Virus record (IMG/VR): IMGVR_UViG_3300034954_001540
Span: 1-64,000 of that record
Length of the DNA stretch: 64,000 bases
From: a virus
Direction: 5' to 3' (one strand)
Part shown: positions 8,421-23,400 of the stretch, one piece after another
Position numbering within the stretch: position 1 is the stretch's first letter
How the letters are laid out: every line of letters begins with the position of its first letter
Position numbers and translations under genes: made by a program
The notes under the pieces: model-generated
What the model was told of the DNA's origin: nothing
Seen by the model: the letters and a program-made list of their open reading frames with translations, nothing else
Databases searched by the model: none

Positions 8421-11400
8421 ATGCCTACAAAAAATATCAATATTTCGGATAGAGTTGAAAATCAACTCCCTGAGTTTATCAGGGAGGAAGATCGACAATT
8501 TGTTGACTTTCTCTTCCAATACTACAAGTCTCAAGAAAAAACAGGTCGTCCTTACGACATTCTGAATAATCTTCTGACTTATTTGGATCTTGACAGTTAT
8601 ACGTCTGACGAACTGTCTAGAGATACTCTTCTGCTGAATGATATTGGGCTGAACGATAAAGATATTAAAATTGAATCGATTGATGGTTTCAAGGAGACCA
8701 ATGGATCGATTATGATCGATAATGAAGTCATTTACTACGAGTCTGTGACTCGTGGTCCTGATGCCATCATTACTCCAGGTGTTTCTCCTGCTCAATTCGA
8801 TAAAAAGAAACAACAACTAGAAAATCCCTTCAGTTTGTTTGATGGGACTAGAAATACTTTCCCTCTCAACTTCCTAGGCACCCCAGTCCGTCCTCCTTCG
8901 GCAGAGCACCTTATCGTTATCACATATAACGATATGCTCATTCCTGGAGTTGATTATTTTGTTGAAGGCGATCAAATTCGCTTTCAAGTTGCTCCTCGTG
9001 CTAGATCTGGTGCTGACGACTCTCAGTTTACTGAAATTACATATCTGGTTGGGTATGCCGATCAAACGATCGTCACAGCTGATGCTGTCCCATACCAAGA
9101 GTATCAAGGTAAGAAAGAATATCCCCTTAGAGTAAATACTCAACCATATACGCCAACTTCGGCAATCGGTCTGATTATTAAAAAGAATAATCGCCAATTA
9201 GAGGCATATACCGATTATACCGTTTTTGAGAATCATGTAATCTTCAGATTCCCTTTGGGTGCTGCTGATAACATTCATGTACGCTCTGTTGAGTATATTG
9301 CACCTCAATTTGGATCTGGAGCATCTGCAGTTGTCTCTGTTGACGCAAATGGTCAAGTTGACCGTCTGATTCCTAAAACTGGTGGTAGTGGTTATAGATT
9401 AGACTTTGAGCCTAAGGTTGTCGTCCAGCATAACAACGGTGCTGGTGCAACTGCCAAAACTTTGGTTAGTGGTATCAAAGATATCACTCTAATTGATGGT
9501 GGACAGGGTTATACGTCATACAACCCACCAATCGCCATTGTAGGCGCTCCTACAGGTGGCACACTGGCAAAAGTTGCTCTGACTGTAGATGACGAATCTG
9601 GTCAGGTCGATAGTCTGACTATTATGAATTCTGGTAGTGGATATGACTTTATCCCTGCTATTTCCTTTGTTAATCCTGGTGGTTGTAAAATTGGACAACC
9701 TACTATTGATAGTGAAGGTCGTGTAAACATCGATAGTATTGTTGTCGAAGAGCAAGGTCTCAACTACAGCAATCCTCCTATTGTTTATCTGGATGAAGCA
9801 CCTGAAGGTGGTATCAATGCTCAGGCAATCTCCAGAATCAACCAAGATGGTCAAGTTTACGAGATCGTTATTACAAATAGAGGTAGAGGGTATGTAACTC
9901 CACCTAGAGCAAGGATTATTCAACCTATTGGTGCTCAGGTGCTTGACGTTACTGTTGCGTCTGGTGCTGTTACTAACATCGAGATGTTGACAGGTGGTAG
10001 AGGTTATACCGACGCTCCTTCTGTTTACATCGTTGACGATAGAAAGGATCCCTATGGTGTGCCTATTGGTGGCACAGGTGCAACTGCTGCTGCAACTATC
10101 TTTAACGGTGAGATCACTGACATTAACATCACCAACTTCGGTACTGGATATTCTGAAACAGAGCCTCCTAAAATTTACATCGCTGAGCCTAAAGCAGCAA
10201 GAGCATCTGTTGCTGTTGGTTTCAATGAGCTGACTGGTTATGAAATCATTGAAGCAGGTAGAGGTTATTCACCTTCTGCATTCCTTGGATGTAGTCGTGG
10301 TGTATCTGGTGCTGTTGGATATGACAACCTACATAACGAGATCTATGCAGGTGAAGCAGCACTGCGTCAGTCTACTCACCCTGCTGCATCTACAGTTATT
10401 AACCTAGACTCTCTGTTTATCAGAGAAGTCTTTGATAAGTTTAGAAGACAATATCTTCCTACTATTGAGATTGATTATTCTTCAATCAATCCTGTCCAAG
10501 TAATTAAAAATATCAGTGACTTCTACATCAGTAAGGGCACTGAGCTTTCCACACAGTATCTGTTTAAGATCATGTTTGGTGAGCAGGTGGATATCTATTA
10601 TCCTAGAGATGAGATCATCTCACCATCTGCTGCTACATGGGTTGTTGACACTGTGTTGCGTGCTGAGTTGATTGAGGGTGATCCTGCCAATCTGATTGAC
10701 TCACAACTTACTCAGTATGCCGATCCTGTTGACCTTAGTGTCAAGAATGCACAGGCACTGATTGAAAACGTCATTACTATTATTGAAGGTAAGGACACTA
10801 TCTACGAATTGGCAATCTCCGAAGAGACCCTGAGTGGTAGTTTTGTCATTCCTTATAAGACGACTCTAGTTGAGCCTTTGTCTACAGAGGGTCAAATTAT
10901 TACCGTTGACTCCACGATCGGATGGCCAGAGAGAAACGGCACCATTCGTATCAACGATGAAGAGGTTGTCCAGTATAAAGAGAAATCACTTAACCAGTTT
11001 ATCGAATGCACCAGATCTAAGAATGGTGTTGTAGAGGATTGGGATCCTGGCACCATTGTCTTCTCTGATATCTTTGTATATGTCAATCAAGGCACTTCCA
11101 CCGAATGTAAACTCAGAGTCCTTGGTATTGCAGAAGCAGGCACAACGATCCTGAATGATACTGGATCTTACTATCTGCAAGGTGACAAGCTGAAGGTTGC
11201 TAAACTCGGATCTTCTGCAATAGATGAGAGACTATCTTCATGGTTGTATAACGTTAAGAAACTAATTCAGGTTACTAGCGTTACTCCTGGTGGTGTTAAT
11301 AACCAGACTGCAACTGTTGTCTGTGGTAACCCCCACGGTCTTCTGGTTTCTGATCAGGTGACGATCTATGGTGCTAACCCTGTTGTGTTTAACGGCACCT

Positions 11401-14400
11401 TTACAGTTACCTCTCGTATTGACGAATTCCAATTTACATATCAAATCAATACTCCCACAGAGATCATTCCTGAAGGTAATATCCTTCTTTCTGTGGACCT
11501 TAACAGAGGTAAGTCCAATGTTAATTCTATCAACAACGTTGTTAGTGAGTTTACAACAAATATCCAAAACTCCTTCTTTAATGATGACTATGTTTATGTT
11601 GCTTCCTCTGGTCTACCCAATTATAAGGTTGGTCCTTTCACTGGGTCGGCACTGATTCCTGGCAACCAGCGTAAACTGCTTAGATTCCCAAGACTTGTCC
11701 AAACTATCTCTGAGCGTCAAGATATTCAAGCAAATACCTCGATTGGTGCTTGGGTGAATGGTGTGTCTATTTGGGCATACAAGTCTGGTGAGTTTGTTAG
11801 ATTTGGTCCTCTGACTGGCATCACTGTTGATAACAGTGGTCAGGATTATGATGCAGGATCTAAACCTGCTCTTGAAATCACTGGTGGTGGCGGCACAGGT
11901 GCTGCTGGTGAAGTTGTTGTTAATGGTAGTCTGACTTCCTTTGTTGTTACCAATCAAGGTAGTGGATATACAGAATCTCCTTTGGTCTCCATCGTTGGCG
12001 GTGGTGGTATTGGAGCAACCGCACAAGCTGTCGTAACTGGTGGTCGCGTCACCAGAATTCTGGTTGAGCAACCAGGCACAGGATATACTTCACAACCTAG
12101 CGTTTCTATTACTGGTGGTGGCGGCACAGGTGCTGAGGCAACTGCAAGTGTCCGTGGTCCTATTCAAAGTGTTAATATTACTTCTGCTGGTACTGGTTAT
12201 ACCTCACTGCCTGCAGTTAGAGTTAACTCTGGTGAAGGTGCTCTGGCACAACCTATTGTTATTAACGGTCGTATCGTTTCTATCGCTATTATTAACTCTG
12301 GTAGTGGATATACCACTGCTCCTGAGATTGTAATCAATGGTGATGGTTTCGGTGCTATTGCAAGAGCAATTATCGGCACTGTTGGTGAGGATAAAGGTAG
12401 AGTCCTCAGTGTTGAGATCACAAACAGAGGTATTGGATATACCCAAGGTCTTACTACTGTTAGACTTGAGTCTGTTGGTGATTTTGCTGAATTTACACCA
12501 CAAGTGTTTGAGTGGAATAGAAACCTTCAATATGATCTTGTCAATAAGTATGACGGAGCAAGAGGATATGTCTTTACTGGTCTGAATAACCAGTTTGGTG
12601 GTGAGTATGCTCACCTTAGTGATCCTAAAGAGCTTCGTTATGTGGTTGGCGATAACGTCTTCCTTAATCCTGTTACACAGCAATTCCAAGAAGTTGCATC
12701 TAACTTTGAGCACTCTCCTATTCTGGGTTGGGCTTATGATGGTAACCCAATCTACGGTCCTTATGGTTACATTGACCCAACTGACCAAAACAGCGGTATT
12801 AGAAGACTTCGCACATCCTATAAGTTAAAGGATAACGTTGTATTTGACGCTGCAACTAACCCTAACCCTGCTCGTATTGATGGACCTGAGTTGTCCACAT
12901 ATCCTGCTGGATCGTTTGTTGCTGACTATACATATGACTTCCAATCTGGTGATCTGGATAACTACAACGGTCGTTTCTGCAAAACACCTCAGTATCCTGA
13001 TGGCACCTATGCATACTTTATTACTATTGATGCATCGGAAGCAGGTGTTGCCGAATTCCCATATATTCTTGGACCTCAGTTTAACTCACTGCCTGATCAA
13101 TGGAACTTTGCTCAGGGAGCAACTCAGGAAAATATTCCTCAAGATGTTGTCCGTTATAGAGATCCTTATGTCAACGTTGACATCGATGTTGATCGTCAAC
13201 CCAACCAAGAAGCAGATGTCCTAACAACTGAAATCGAAGGTTATCCTATTATCTTTGAGATTCAGGACAGTAACAACGACGGAATCATTGATGCTAATGA
13301 GCAGCAAGAGATTCTTGAGATGTCTGAAGAGGCAACTCTGCAAATCTATGATTACTTCCCTCAGGTTTCTGAAGAATCCAGAGTGGACATTGAAGTTGAG
13401 ACAACCACTCAGTTTGAGGATGCTCAGATTGATGGTTTCGTTATTGAGAATCCTGGTGTTTCTTATCAGGTTAATGATACTGTTTTCTTTGACGATGAGG
13501 GCACAGGTGGTTTCGGTGCCTCTGCACTTATCGAATCTGTCAAGGGTCAGAAGATTAACTCCTATTCTAAGGAGATCATTGGCGATCGCCCATATGGTGT
13601 GATTGTTACTAACGCTAACCATGATCTTCGCCAACAAGACGAATTGATTGTCAATTCTTCTCCTGTTATTGACAACACCAATAAAAACTTCAAAGTTAAG
13701 GTTGTTTCTGGTATTGAGCGCATCAATGTATCCCAAGTTGGTGTTGGTTATAACGAAGACATTCCTCCTACTTTTGAGTTGATTACATCCGCTGGTCAAG
13801 ATGGTCAGTTGGAGATTGTATTGGAGAATACTGGTCAAATTAACAGAGTCAACATTATTAACTCTGGTAATGGTTATGATCCTGAGAATCCTCCTCAAAT
13901 TCGTGTATCCCATCCTCAGCAGTTTAAGAAGACTCGCTATTGGTTGACCGAATATATGGAAGCAACTGGTATCATTGAAGTCAATGATATTAAAGTTACT
14001 TCTCAGCGTTTTACATATATCTGCGGTAAGATCACTGAGACAGATGGTGATGAATCTGGTTTCCTTGCTAAGTTTGATGACCTTGGTCAGAAGATTTGGG
14101 AAAGGACCCTTATTCCTATCAATGCCAACCAGAAGAGAGCTGAATTCCTCAAGATGGTTGTCAATGATGCTCCAGAAAACGACCTTATTTACGTTACAGG
14201 CCAAACTAAAAACCCTGACAACGATACATTTAACCCAGATATCTGGTTGGGTCTGTATGAGTCTGGATTCAACAATGCAAACGATCCTGACGGTATTCTG
14301 AAGTGGCAGAGAGCAATCGCTGGTATCTCTGGTAGCACCAGAAGAGATTATGTGACTTCTATCGCTCTGGACCAAGAGCAACGCATCTATCTTTGCGGTT

Positions 14401-17400
14401 ATACTGATACTAACTCTGTCGATCCTGATGATATGTGGATCATTCAGTGTGGTATTGAGGGTGATCTGGTTGAGAAGCGTAAGGTTGCATCTCAGGATGA
14501 TTCTGAGAAGATGCATCAAATCATGATGATCTCCGACGATAGATTCTTCTTTATTGGTGTTAACGACCAAAATGATGACTTGATCTTTGGTGAATTCTTC
14601 TACGATGGTGCAAACCTTGAGATGGATTGGATCAAGCAAGTGCCTACAGTGGGTGGACGTGTTGTCAATCCTAGAATGACTATGGATGACTACGGTGCAG
14701 TCATTGTTGTCTGGGATATCTTTAATTCTGCTGCATCCAAATACGATAAGATTAACGTCAGTAAATTCTTGCTTTCCAAAGCACAAACTGAATGGGAATG
14801 GAGTAAGACAGTCACAACTGCTGGCGATTTCCTTGAAATGCATCATGCTGGCATTTCTTATGATCAGTGGGGTAACTATACTCTCGTTTCTGATGTCATC
14901 GAGGCACAAAATCAGAGATACGCAGTTGTCTCTTATATGAAGTATGACGGCACTTTGCTGTATCAGACAAAGGTTGATGACACTGCAAGTATTGGTTTCC
15001 AAGCATATACTCATGCTCTGGATAACTCTGGTGACACCATTATTGCTGCTAACCGTCAACTCTCCGATCAACTTGTCTCTTGGAGAATGGGTAATGCTGC
15101 AAATCCTGTTGAGGATACCACTAAGCAAGAGCTTGGGACTTACAACTACTTTAGTCAGTCCGATCTTACATTTGATGCCGCTGTCTATAAGTTTGGCACT
15201 GGATCTCTGAAGTTTAACGACGTTGCACCTATCACTATCACCGACTTGGGTCTACAACCAGTTGAGTGGAGTGGCAGAATGTGGATGTCCATGAATACAA
15301 CAGTATGGGGCACTGCTCATGAGCCTACACTGTTGCATGTCAACGATTCTACTAATACTAATTCTATTACTGCAACTATCCAAGGTGATAGCACTGATCC
15401 TGACTACCAGAAGGTTATCCTCTATTTGAATGGCACTCAGGTTGCTTCTTCTGTTGCTGCAACTAACTGGGATGCCTTCGCCGCTGGTGCATGGGTCCAT
15501 GTTACTGTCCAGAAGCGTCAAGAGTCTCTGGGTCTATATCGTTATGAAGTCTTTATCGGTGGTAACCAGCAAGTTAGTTATCAGAGCACCACTGACGTTG
15601 CTCTTGATGATGTTGTTATCTGTGGTCCTTCTAGTCCTCCAAATACAAGCAATTCTTTCCGTGGTAACATCGATGACTTTGTGCTTGATGATATTGCACC
15701 TTATCCTGGCACTTCATACACTGTGCCAACCTCTGAGATTGCAATTACCACATCCAACTCCGATATTGCCCTGATCAAGTTTGATAGAGCACACACTCAG
15801 CGTGCATCTTATACACTGACTGGTCTTAATAAGCACAGCACTATTGAGTTTAGCGATCATACCATCGGTATGACTTGGAATTCTATTAGCACTGGTGCAA
15901 TTAGTGAGTGGGTAGTTGGTCCTGGTGGTTTGCAAATTCTGGATATGTCCCAGACTTTCTCCACGATGATTCCTGGTACATATACACTATCTTCAGTATA
16001 TGATCAGTATGCTTCTAAGACTTCTACCATCCCCTCACCTCGTGGTAAGAGACTGGTTATTTCTGCAGATGTTATTCCTAAATTCTATATTAGAGATGCT
16101 CTGTATCAGAAGGTTGATAACGTCCTTGAGCTGACATTTAACCAAGATGTCAAACTGACTAAGTATTCTATTCTGCAGCAGTTTAATAACCTTGGCACTA
16201 CAACTGCATTTGCAACTATTACAGAGATTCCTGCAGGCACTCTGCAAAATCCTGGCGTTGGCACCAAGTATAGAGTCGGTAAAACCTACGGCACATTCAA
16301 CACTACTGATAGATTCCGCACCACAGCATCCCCTGCTGATGTAAACCAAATTGAAGGCACTTACTTCGATACTATTGAAGAAGAATCACCTTGGCAGGCA
16401 GGCACTGCATATGCACAGGGAGATCGTGTCTATAACCAAAAGAGAATCTATGAGGCACAAGGTGCTGGCACATCTGGCACTATTGCACCTCAGCATAACA
16501 CTGGTGTTGTTTCTGACGGTGTTATCAACTGGGCATTCATCGATGATGCAGGTAAGTTTACTGTTGACCTGACTCAGCATCCTTATCCTAGACCTCAGTA
16601 TACTGGTCTGGATATGCCTGAGTGGTTGCCACATCGTTTGTATGCTGTTGGTCAGCGTGTTTGGTATCGTCTCAACGTTTATGAAGTTGCTGCTGGTGGC
16701 GGTGGCGTTACTACAGCAGTGCCTCCTACTCACACCACTGGTGATGTTTCTGACGGTCAGGTTACTTGGAGTCATGTCTCAACTTCTGAGGCAATTAGTC
16801 TTAAGACCCGTTTGATGGGTTATGACCAAGGTAATAACTACAGCATTGAGATCTTAGAAGTCCATCCTGGATCTAACTTCATTCCTAACGACGTTGTTAG
16901 TGTCAACACTAATAATATCACTTTGGCAGAAGATGAGAAGTCTGTTGAGATCTCTGGTTTTGCATCTGTCAAGAAGATTCGTGTAACAGCACGTCTTGAG
17001 AAAGACATCATCATGACTGGTAGTGTTAGGACTGATAAGGTGTATTTCACATCTAATACTCCTCACTTCTATAAAGCAAACGATATTCTCTTTACCGAAG
17101 GATTCCAAGGTAATCAATTCAACGGATCTTTCTTCGTTGATGATGTTATCGGATCTAGAGAGTTTACACTTGGCATTAGAGCAGCAGCAGTTTCTGATCC
17201 TGCCTTTGTCAATAATGGTATCCAGAATGTAAACGTCTATGCTAAGCATCCTACCCTTCTGTTTACCAGAAATCACCAGTATAACTTCGATGTTGGCGAT
17301 CCTTCCAACTTCGGATACTACCTGTCCTTCTCTCAGGATAACCAGTATAAGTTGGAGTATTCCTTCAATAATACTGTAAGAGATGGCACTCCTGGTATTG

Positions 17401-20400
17401 CAGGTGCTGGTGCAGGAAATCCATTCGTTAAATTCTTGGTGCTGGGCGATGTCACAAACATTTCTTACTACTTCGATCCTTCTAGGACAGGAGCTAATTC
17501 TCCAGTCGGTGATAACTCGTATATTGACGTTATCACAACACCATATCAAGGTAGATTCAGAATCAGCGAAATTGTAAGCGATACTGAATTCAAATTCCCA
17601 CTTAATAGAGAGCCTGAGCGTAATAATGCTGAGATTGGGGCAAATGATCAAGGTCAGGAGTATTCTTTCTACTCTACTACTTCTACAAGAGCAGTTGGAC
17701 CTATCAACTCGATCAAACTGGTTTCTCCTGGTGGATTCTACAAAAAACTACCAATTATCTCCGATATTGCATCCTTCCGTCAAATTGAGAAGGTTGTTAT
17801 CAATGACGGCGGCACAGAATACGCACCTGGCGTCTATTATGACGTTCCTGTTGCTGGAGACGGCGAAGGTGGTAAAGTTACCGTCACAGTTACTCCAGAC
17901 GAGGAAACTGGGTCTGGAGCAATCAGTCTTGTCCAAGTTGCCGATCCAGGCAAAGGTTATACCGTTGCAAGCGTTGATATTGACGCTATTCCTGGCATTC
18001 TTGGTCCCACACTGTCTGGATCTGGTGGATCTGTCACAGTTGTGATTCCTAGCGAAGGTAGTGGTGCATCCGTCTTCTTGACTGGTAAAAATATCGGTAA
18101 GATCAAGAGACTTAAGAATAATGAGTTTGGTTTCGGTTATTCTCACGATTATACTCTGAAACCAGAAATTACCTTCCCTGTTAACCTCCAACTCTTCAAT
18201 ACTTCGATTCTTTCTGAAATTAAGATTATTGATCCAGGTGCTGGTTATACATCGACTCCTGCAGTTGTTATTGAAGGTGGTGGCGGTGAAGGTGCTGATG
18301 CAGTTGCCGTTATCAAGAATAATAGACTCAGTGAGATCATTATTAAGAATCCTGGTGCTGGATACTCATCTGAGCCCACAGTTACGCTGAAGTCCGAGTT
18401 TAACTACGTTGTTAACCTTGACCTCAACTATCTGCAGTTTAACTTCCCTCACGGCATTACAACTGGTGCAGAAATCCAATTCCGTGCTGAAAATGTCGGT
18501 AGCACTGAAGGTATCCTGCCTAAACCCTCTAGCGCAGGTTTGACCTCTTTGGTTGAAGGTCAGATCTACTATGCAATCGCTGGTCAACAAAATTCACTGG
18601 AATCCGACCAAATTCGCTTTGCACTGACTTTACAAGCAGCACAAGCAGGTGATTACATCACATTCCTGACTCAGGGTAGTGGTCGTCAAGTATTGCTCAC
18701 CGAAGTCTTCGGTGGTCGTGCAGAAGCAGTTGTTGAGACATCTCGCTTCCTTGAAGGTGAAGAAGTCTACCAAGGTAGTGCAGTTGAGCTTGCAAGTGCA
18801 ACTGGTAAGGTTTCTACCAATACTGGTTGGCAAATCGGTCCTAAGATCCTTAAAATCGTCGATTACGACGGAGATTGGCAAGTTGGCGAAAAAGTCACTG
18901 GATCTATCTCTAAAGCGTCTGGTGTCATCGATAACTTGAGTATTGCTCGTGGTGTGCTGAATATCGGCTCTCTGACAAGGACTCCTGGTAAGTTTATCGA
19001 TAATGTCGGTAAACCTTCCGAAATTGTCCAAAAAATCCAAGATTCCTTCTTCTATCAAAACTTCTCTTACGTTATCAAGTCTGAGATCCCTATTACCGAA
19101 TGGAAGACTCAAATCCTTGAAAACAACCACCCTGCTGGTTTCAACATGTTTGGTCAGTTGCAACTGGTCGGCGGTAAGGATGTTTCGGGTAGAAAGGTCG
19201 GTACTGAGTTTACGAAGGAAGTTAACATCAATAACTACTCCAACGTTAACCAGATCACATCTTTCGGTGCAGCACAACCAATTTACACCGATTACAACAA
19301 TACTGAAGTCCTCTTCCGTAAAAAGCGTCTGACTTCCTCTGAGGAAATCTTGACCTCTATCGTGAAGAAACTGGATGACATTGCTCCTCAGTTTAACGGT
19401 ATTGACAAGTCCTTCCCAATTACAGTCGAAGGTGAGCAAGTTATCGTCCAGCAGAATCAGTTGATGATTACCATCAACGGTGTGATTCAGGCACCTGGCG
19501 TTTCTTACTCTATTGTTGGTGGCAACATTGTATTCGCTGAGCCTCCCAAACCTGCATCTAGAGTTAACTACAGATCTATAGATATCACTCCTACACCAAT
19601 TTACAGAATTGAGTTGTATTCTGGTCAGGCGGGTCCACCAAACTTCGGTATCTTCCCAACATTGGGTCAGCAAATCCAAGGTGCAGATAGCGACGTTGTT
19701 GCTACTGTTATTGACTCTGGCACAACCCATATTGACGTTATCAACTTGGTTGGTGGCACATTTAACCTGAATGAAGAAATTACTCGTGGCACTCTCTTCT
19801 CAGCACTTGTCCAAAGTGTTACTCAGCTGAATAGCGATACCATCTTCCAGTTTGGTGAGTCTATCACTAACCTTGAGGGTGATACTGCTATCATTGAAGA
19901 AACTAATATTGATGATGCTGGTAATGTCACTGACAGAATTGTGGTCAGTAAGACCTCAGGTACTGCACAGTTTGAAACTGGCATATTTGATCTGAGACTG
20001 AATGAGTATGTTTACTCAGCATCTTCTAAGATTGCAGGTCAGATTACATTCATCTCTCCTTATATTGATCCCGCTACTAGCGACGCTGTTGACGAGTTGA
20101 TCATCAACCCAGGCTCCACTTTCTACGGTCTGCTGTTTGAGCGTCTGGTTAGTATTACTAATCCTAATGTTATCCTTGATAACATTTCACAATCTTCTAT
20201 CACACCTACTGAGCTCTACGATTCTGCCAGCAGAATCAATGCTGACTTCCTTGACTTTGAAGAAGTTAGAAATACTGAAGTCCAGTATACTCAGTTGTCA
20301 GGTGGTAACTTCCAAGAAGGCGACATTGTAATCAACAACAGAGCAAACTACGGCAACCCTGTTTCTGTATTCCATGGTGTTGCTGCAAACAGATTCAAGG

Positions 20401-23400
20401 ATGCTTCGGCAATGATCCTTGGTAACAAGCAGCAAATCATCGATTTTGCTGAGGCAGAGATCGCTGTTAGACATCCTAGATTCTATTTCCCTGGCGATGT
20501 TATTACCAACTCTTGGAGCAGATATTCTGATGCATATCGTCTGATCCAAAGAAACAAGGAATACATTGCTAATAAGGCATACGATGAGATGATGACGCAA
20601 TATACGTCACTCACCGTGCCTGATCCTTCTAAGTGTATCCGTGACCTTGAGTTGTATATCGATGCAATCTCTATCGATATCTTCCGTGGTGGTAACGTCT
20701 ATACTCGTAAACTTTGCCAAAAGTATTTTGATACAAATGGCAACTTTGTGTATGTCAATAATGAGTCTGCTGAGACTCGTTATGGATTTGAGAAGGCAAA
20801 AGATTTGATGAAGTTGGCAATCACCAACAATCTGACTTCTAACTTCACAGCACCATCTGGTCAACCCAATGGTGGCGTTACATTCATTCCTTGGAGTGAA
20901 ATTGATCACGGTGGTTACGATGGTAACGGTATTACTGCTGACCCATCACCTAACGATCCTTACGGCACTAACGGTGCTAACCAGTCTAATAATGGCACTG
21001 ATAACTGCACAGATGTGCAGGCAGCAATCACAACCCTCTATGAAGTTGTTGATGAAACTCTGCTGAATGGCACACTGGCTGACCTCCCTGATGAGTCTCT
21101 TGGCACATATTCTCCTGGTCAAATCAAGTGTCGTCGTGATATCGGTTTGATGATCGATGCTCTTGCAGAAGACGTTTCTCAGGGTGGTAACTACAACATC
21201 ATTGAATTTACCAAGAAGTATTTCGATGCTGCTGGAGCACCTATTACTAACGGTTTGATCGGTGAATATGCAGAATCTTTGACTGCTATTGACAAGGCAA
21301 TGCACTTGTCCTTCCAAGCAATCAACAACCTCCTTTATTATCAGGTCAATAGCAGAACCTCTGTTACTGGTTTCATGCTGAAAGATCCTACAACATATCA
21401 GGGTCCTTACAGTGGTGGTGAAGCAGACCTTGAAGAGTTTGATGTTTCTGCTGCAGTTTACACACCTTCTAATGGTCAGTTGGTGTTGACTATCGGTAAT
21501 CATACTCTGACTACATCCGATACTATTAAGGTTCGTCCACACTCTCTGAAGTTTACCTGTGATGCTGATGGCGATAGGACTTTCCACGATTATCCTCGTG
21601 CTGGAGATCCTGCATTCAATACTGCTGTCGCTATTACTGCCACAACTGGCACTACAATCACAGTAAACATTGGTGCATCTCCTCTGGTCCAATACACACC
21701 AACTGCTGCTACCTACAACCCAGCAACAGGTGATATGGAATTGACCATTGGGTCACACAGTCTTGAGATCAATGACTATGTGACGATTGCCAATGATTCG
21801 TTGACATTTACATGTGACATGGATAGTAATGGATCTAACCATACCTATCCTCGCTCTACTGACCCTGCTTCTGGTAAGCGTCTGTTTATCCATGCTGTAA
21901 CTCCAACTACTATTACAGTTAACGTTGCTGCATCCCCTGCTGATCAGCAGTATGCTCACACCTTTGTTTCTGCCTCTGCTAATGCAGTTAGCAGTGGTGG
22001 TGGATATACTCACCAATTCATCAGCGCACTGCCTAATGCAGTCTTCACTGGCGGTGGCACAACTGCCAAATATTACGACCCGAATTACTACTCAGGCCGA
22101 AATGAGTCGATCCAGAATTGTGCCGATGTCCAAGCATATATCGCTACGCTCGTAGACATCTCTACGACTGCGATTGCAGCACAAAACCTCAACAATATTA
22201 ACGCTCTCGCAAGCATTACTGACGGCACCTTCGTTGCTGGTGAAAATATCCGCACCACGAAGATTGCATATAAGGATAGTCAAGGTGGATTGTTTATTGT
22301 TGGAGATAACATCAGTGGTGTTACTAGCGGTGCAACATTTGAGGCAATCGGATCTAACTCTGGTCTGAAGTGGATCTTTGCTGATCAAGTTACTGGATCC
22401 TTCCAAGAGGGTGAATACATTACTAACTCCACACTCGCTAACCAAAATAACGTTACTCAGAGTGTTATTGAAAAATACTATAGATTGAGTGGTAGCAAGT
22501 CTGTTAGATTCCCATCTAACGGATATCTGGTTACTAGAGATAGTTACGACTTCTCCTTTGGTAACACTGCAGACTTTACCATTCAGGGTTGGTTTAGAGC
22601 AGATAACCTGAGCACAACTCAGCACCTGTTTGACTTCCGTCGTCTTTCTGCTTCCTCTGGTTTGAGAATTACTCTCCAGACCTCTGGTGCAATCACAGTT
22701 TATAACGGCACATCTCAACTACTGACTGGCGGCACATTGCTCGCTAACAACTGGCATCACGTTGCAGTGGTTAGGACATCTAGCGTCCTTCAACTCTATG
22801 TTGATGGCACACAAGTTGGCGGCAACTATGCTGACACTAACGATTACGGTTACGCTGCAATCTACATTGGTGCTGACTTCAACGGTGGTAACCAATTTAC
22901 TGGTTACATGGATAACGTAGTTGTTAAGAATGGTCAGTCTGACTTCAACGCAACATTCGTGCCACCCACGCAGATTGATTACTCTAACCAGTATGTCAAG
23001 TTTGGTCTTGACGGTGAGCAACCCTTCGTCATGGATAATCAGGAAACATATGCTACCTATACAGGTCAGCGTATTTCCTCTGCTGCAGTTAAGGAGCTCA
23101 ACTACGATCTCAACTTTGCAATTATTGAAAACGTTGATCTTGGTAGATCTGCTCACAGAAATTGTGCTGATATTATTGACCTCAACGCAGCATGGATTGC
23201 TGAAGAGGCAGTCGGTAGAATGGAAGCAGCATTCCCTGATTTTGTCATTCCTGGCAACAACGTGGCCGAAGGCACATACCAAGGCACCAACAAGTGTATC
23301 AGGGATACTAAAGACTACATTATCGGCGCTCTTGTTAAGGACTTGAGAGACGGTGGTAACTACAACTCTCTTTACACCGCTCGTACTTACCTTGAGGCAT

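Noticed and set aside
13221-15128. 635-aa minus-strand ORF, plus many other antisense ORFs (for example 18630-19730)
   Set aside because: They lie wholly opposite long + strand genes, have no recognisable motifs, and are expected from the sense-strand codon bias.
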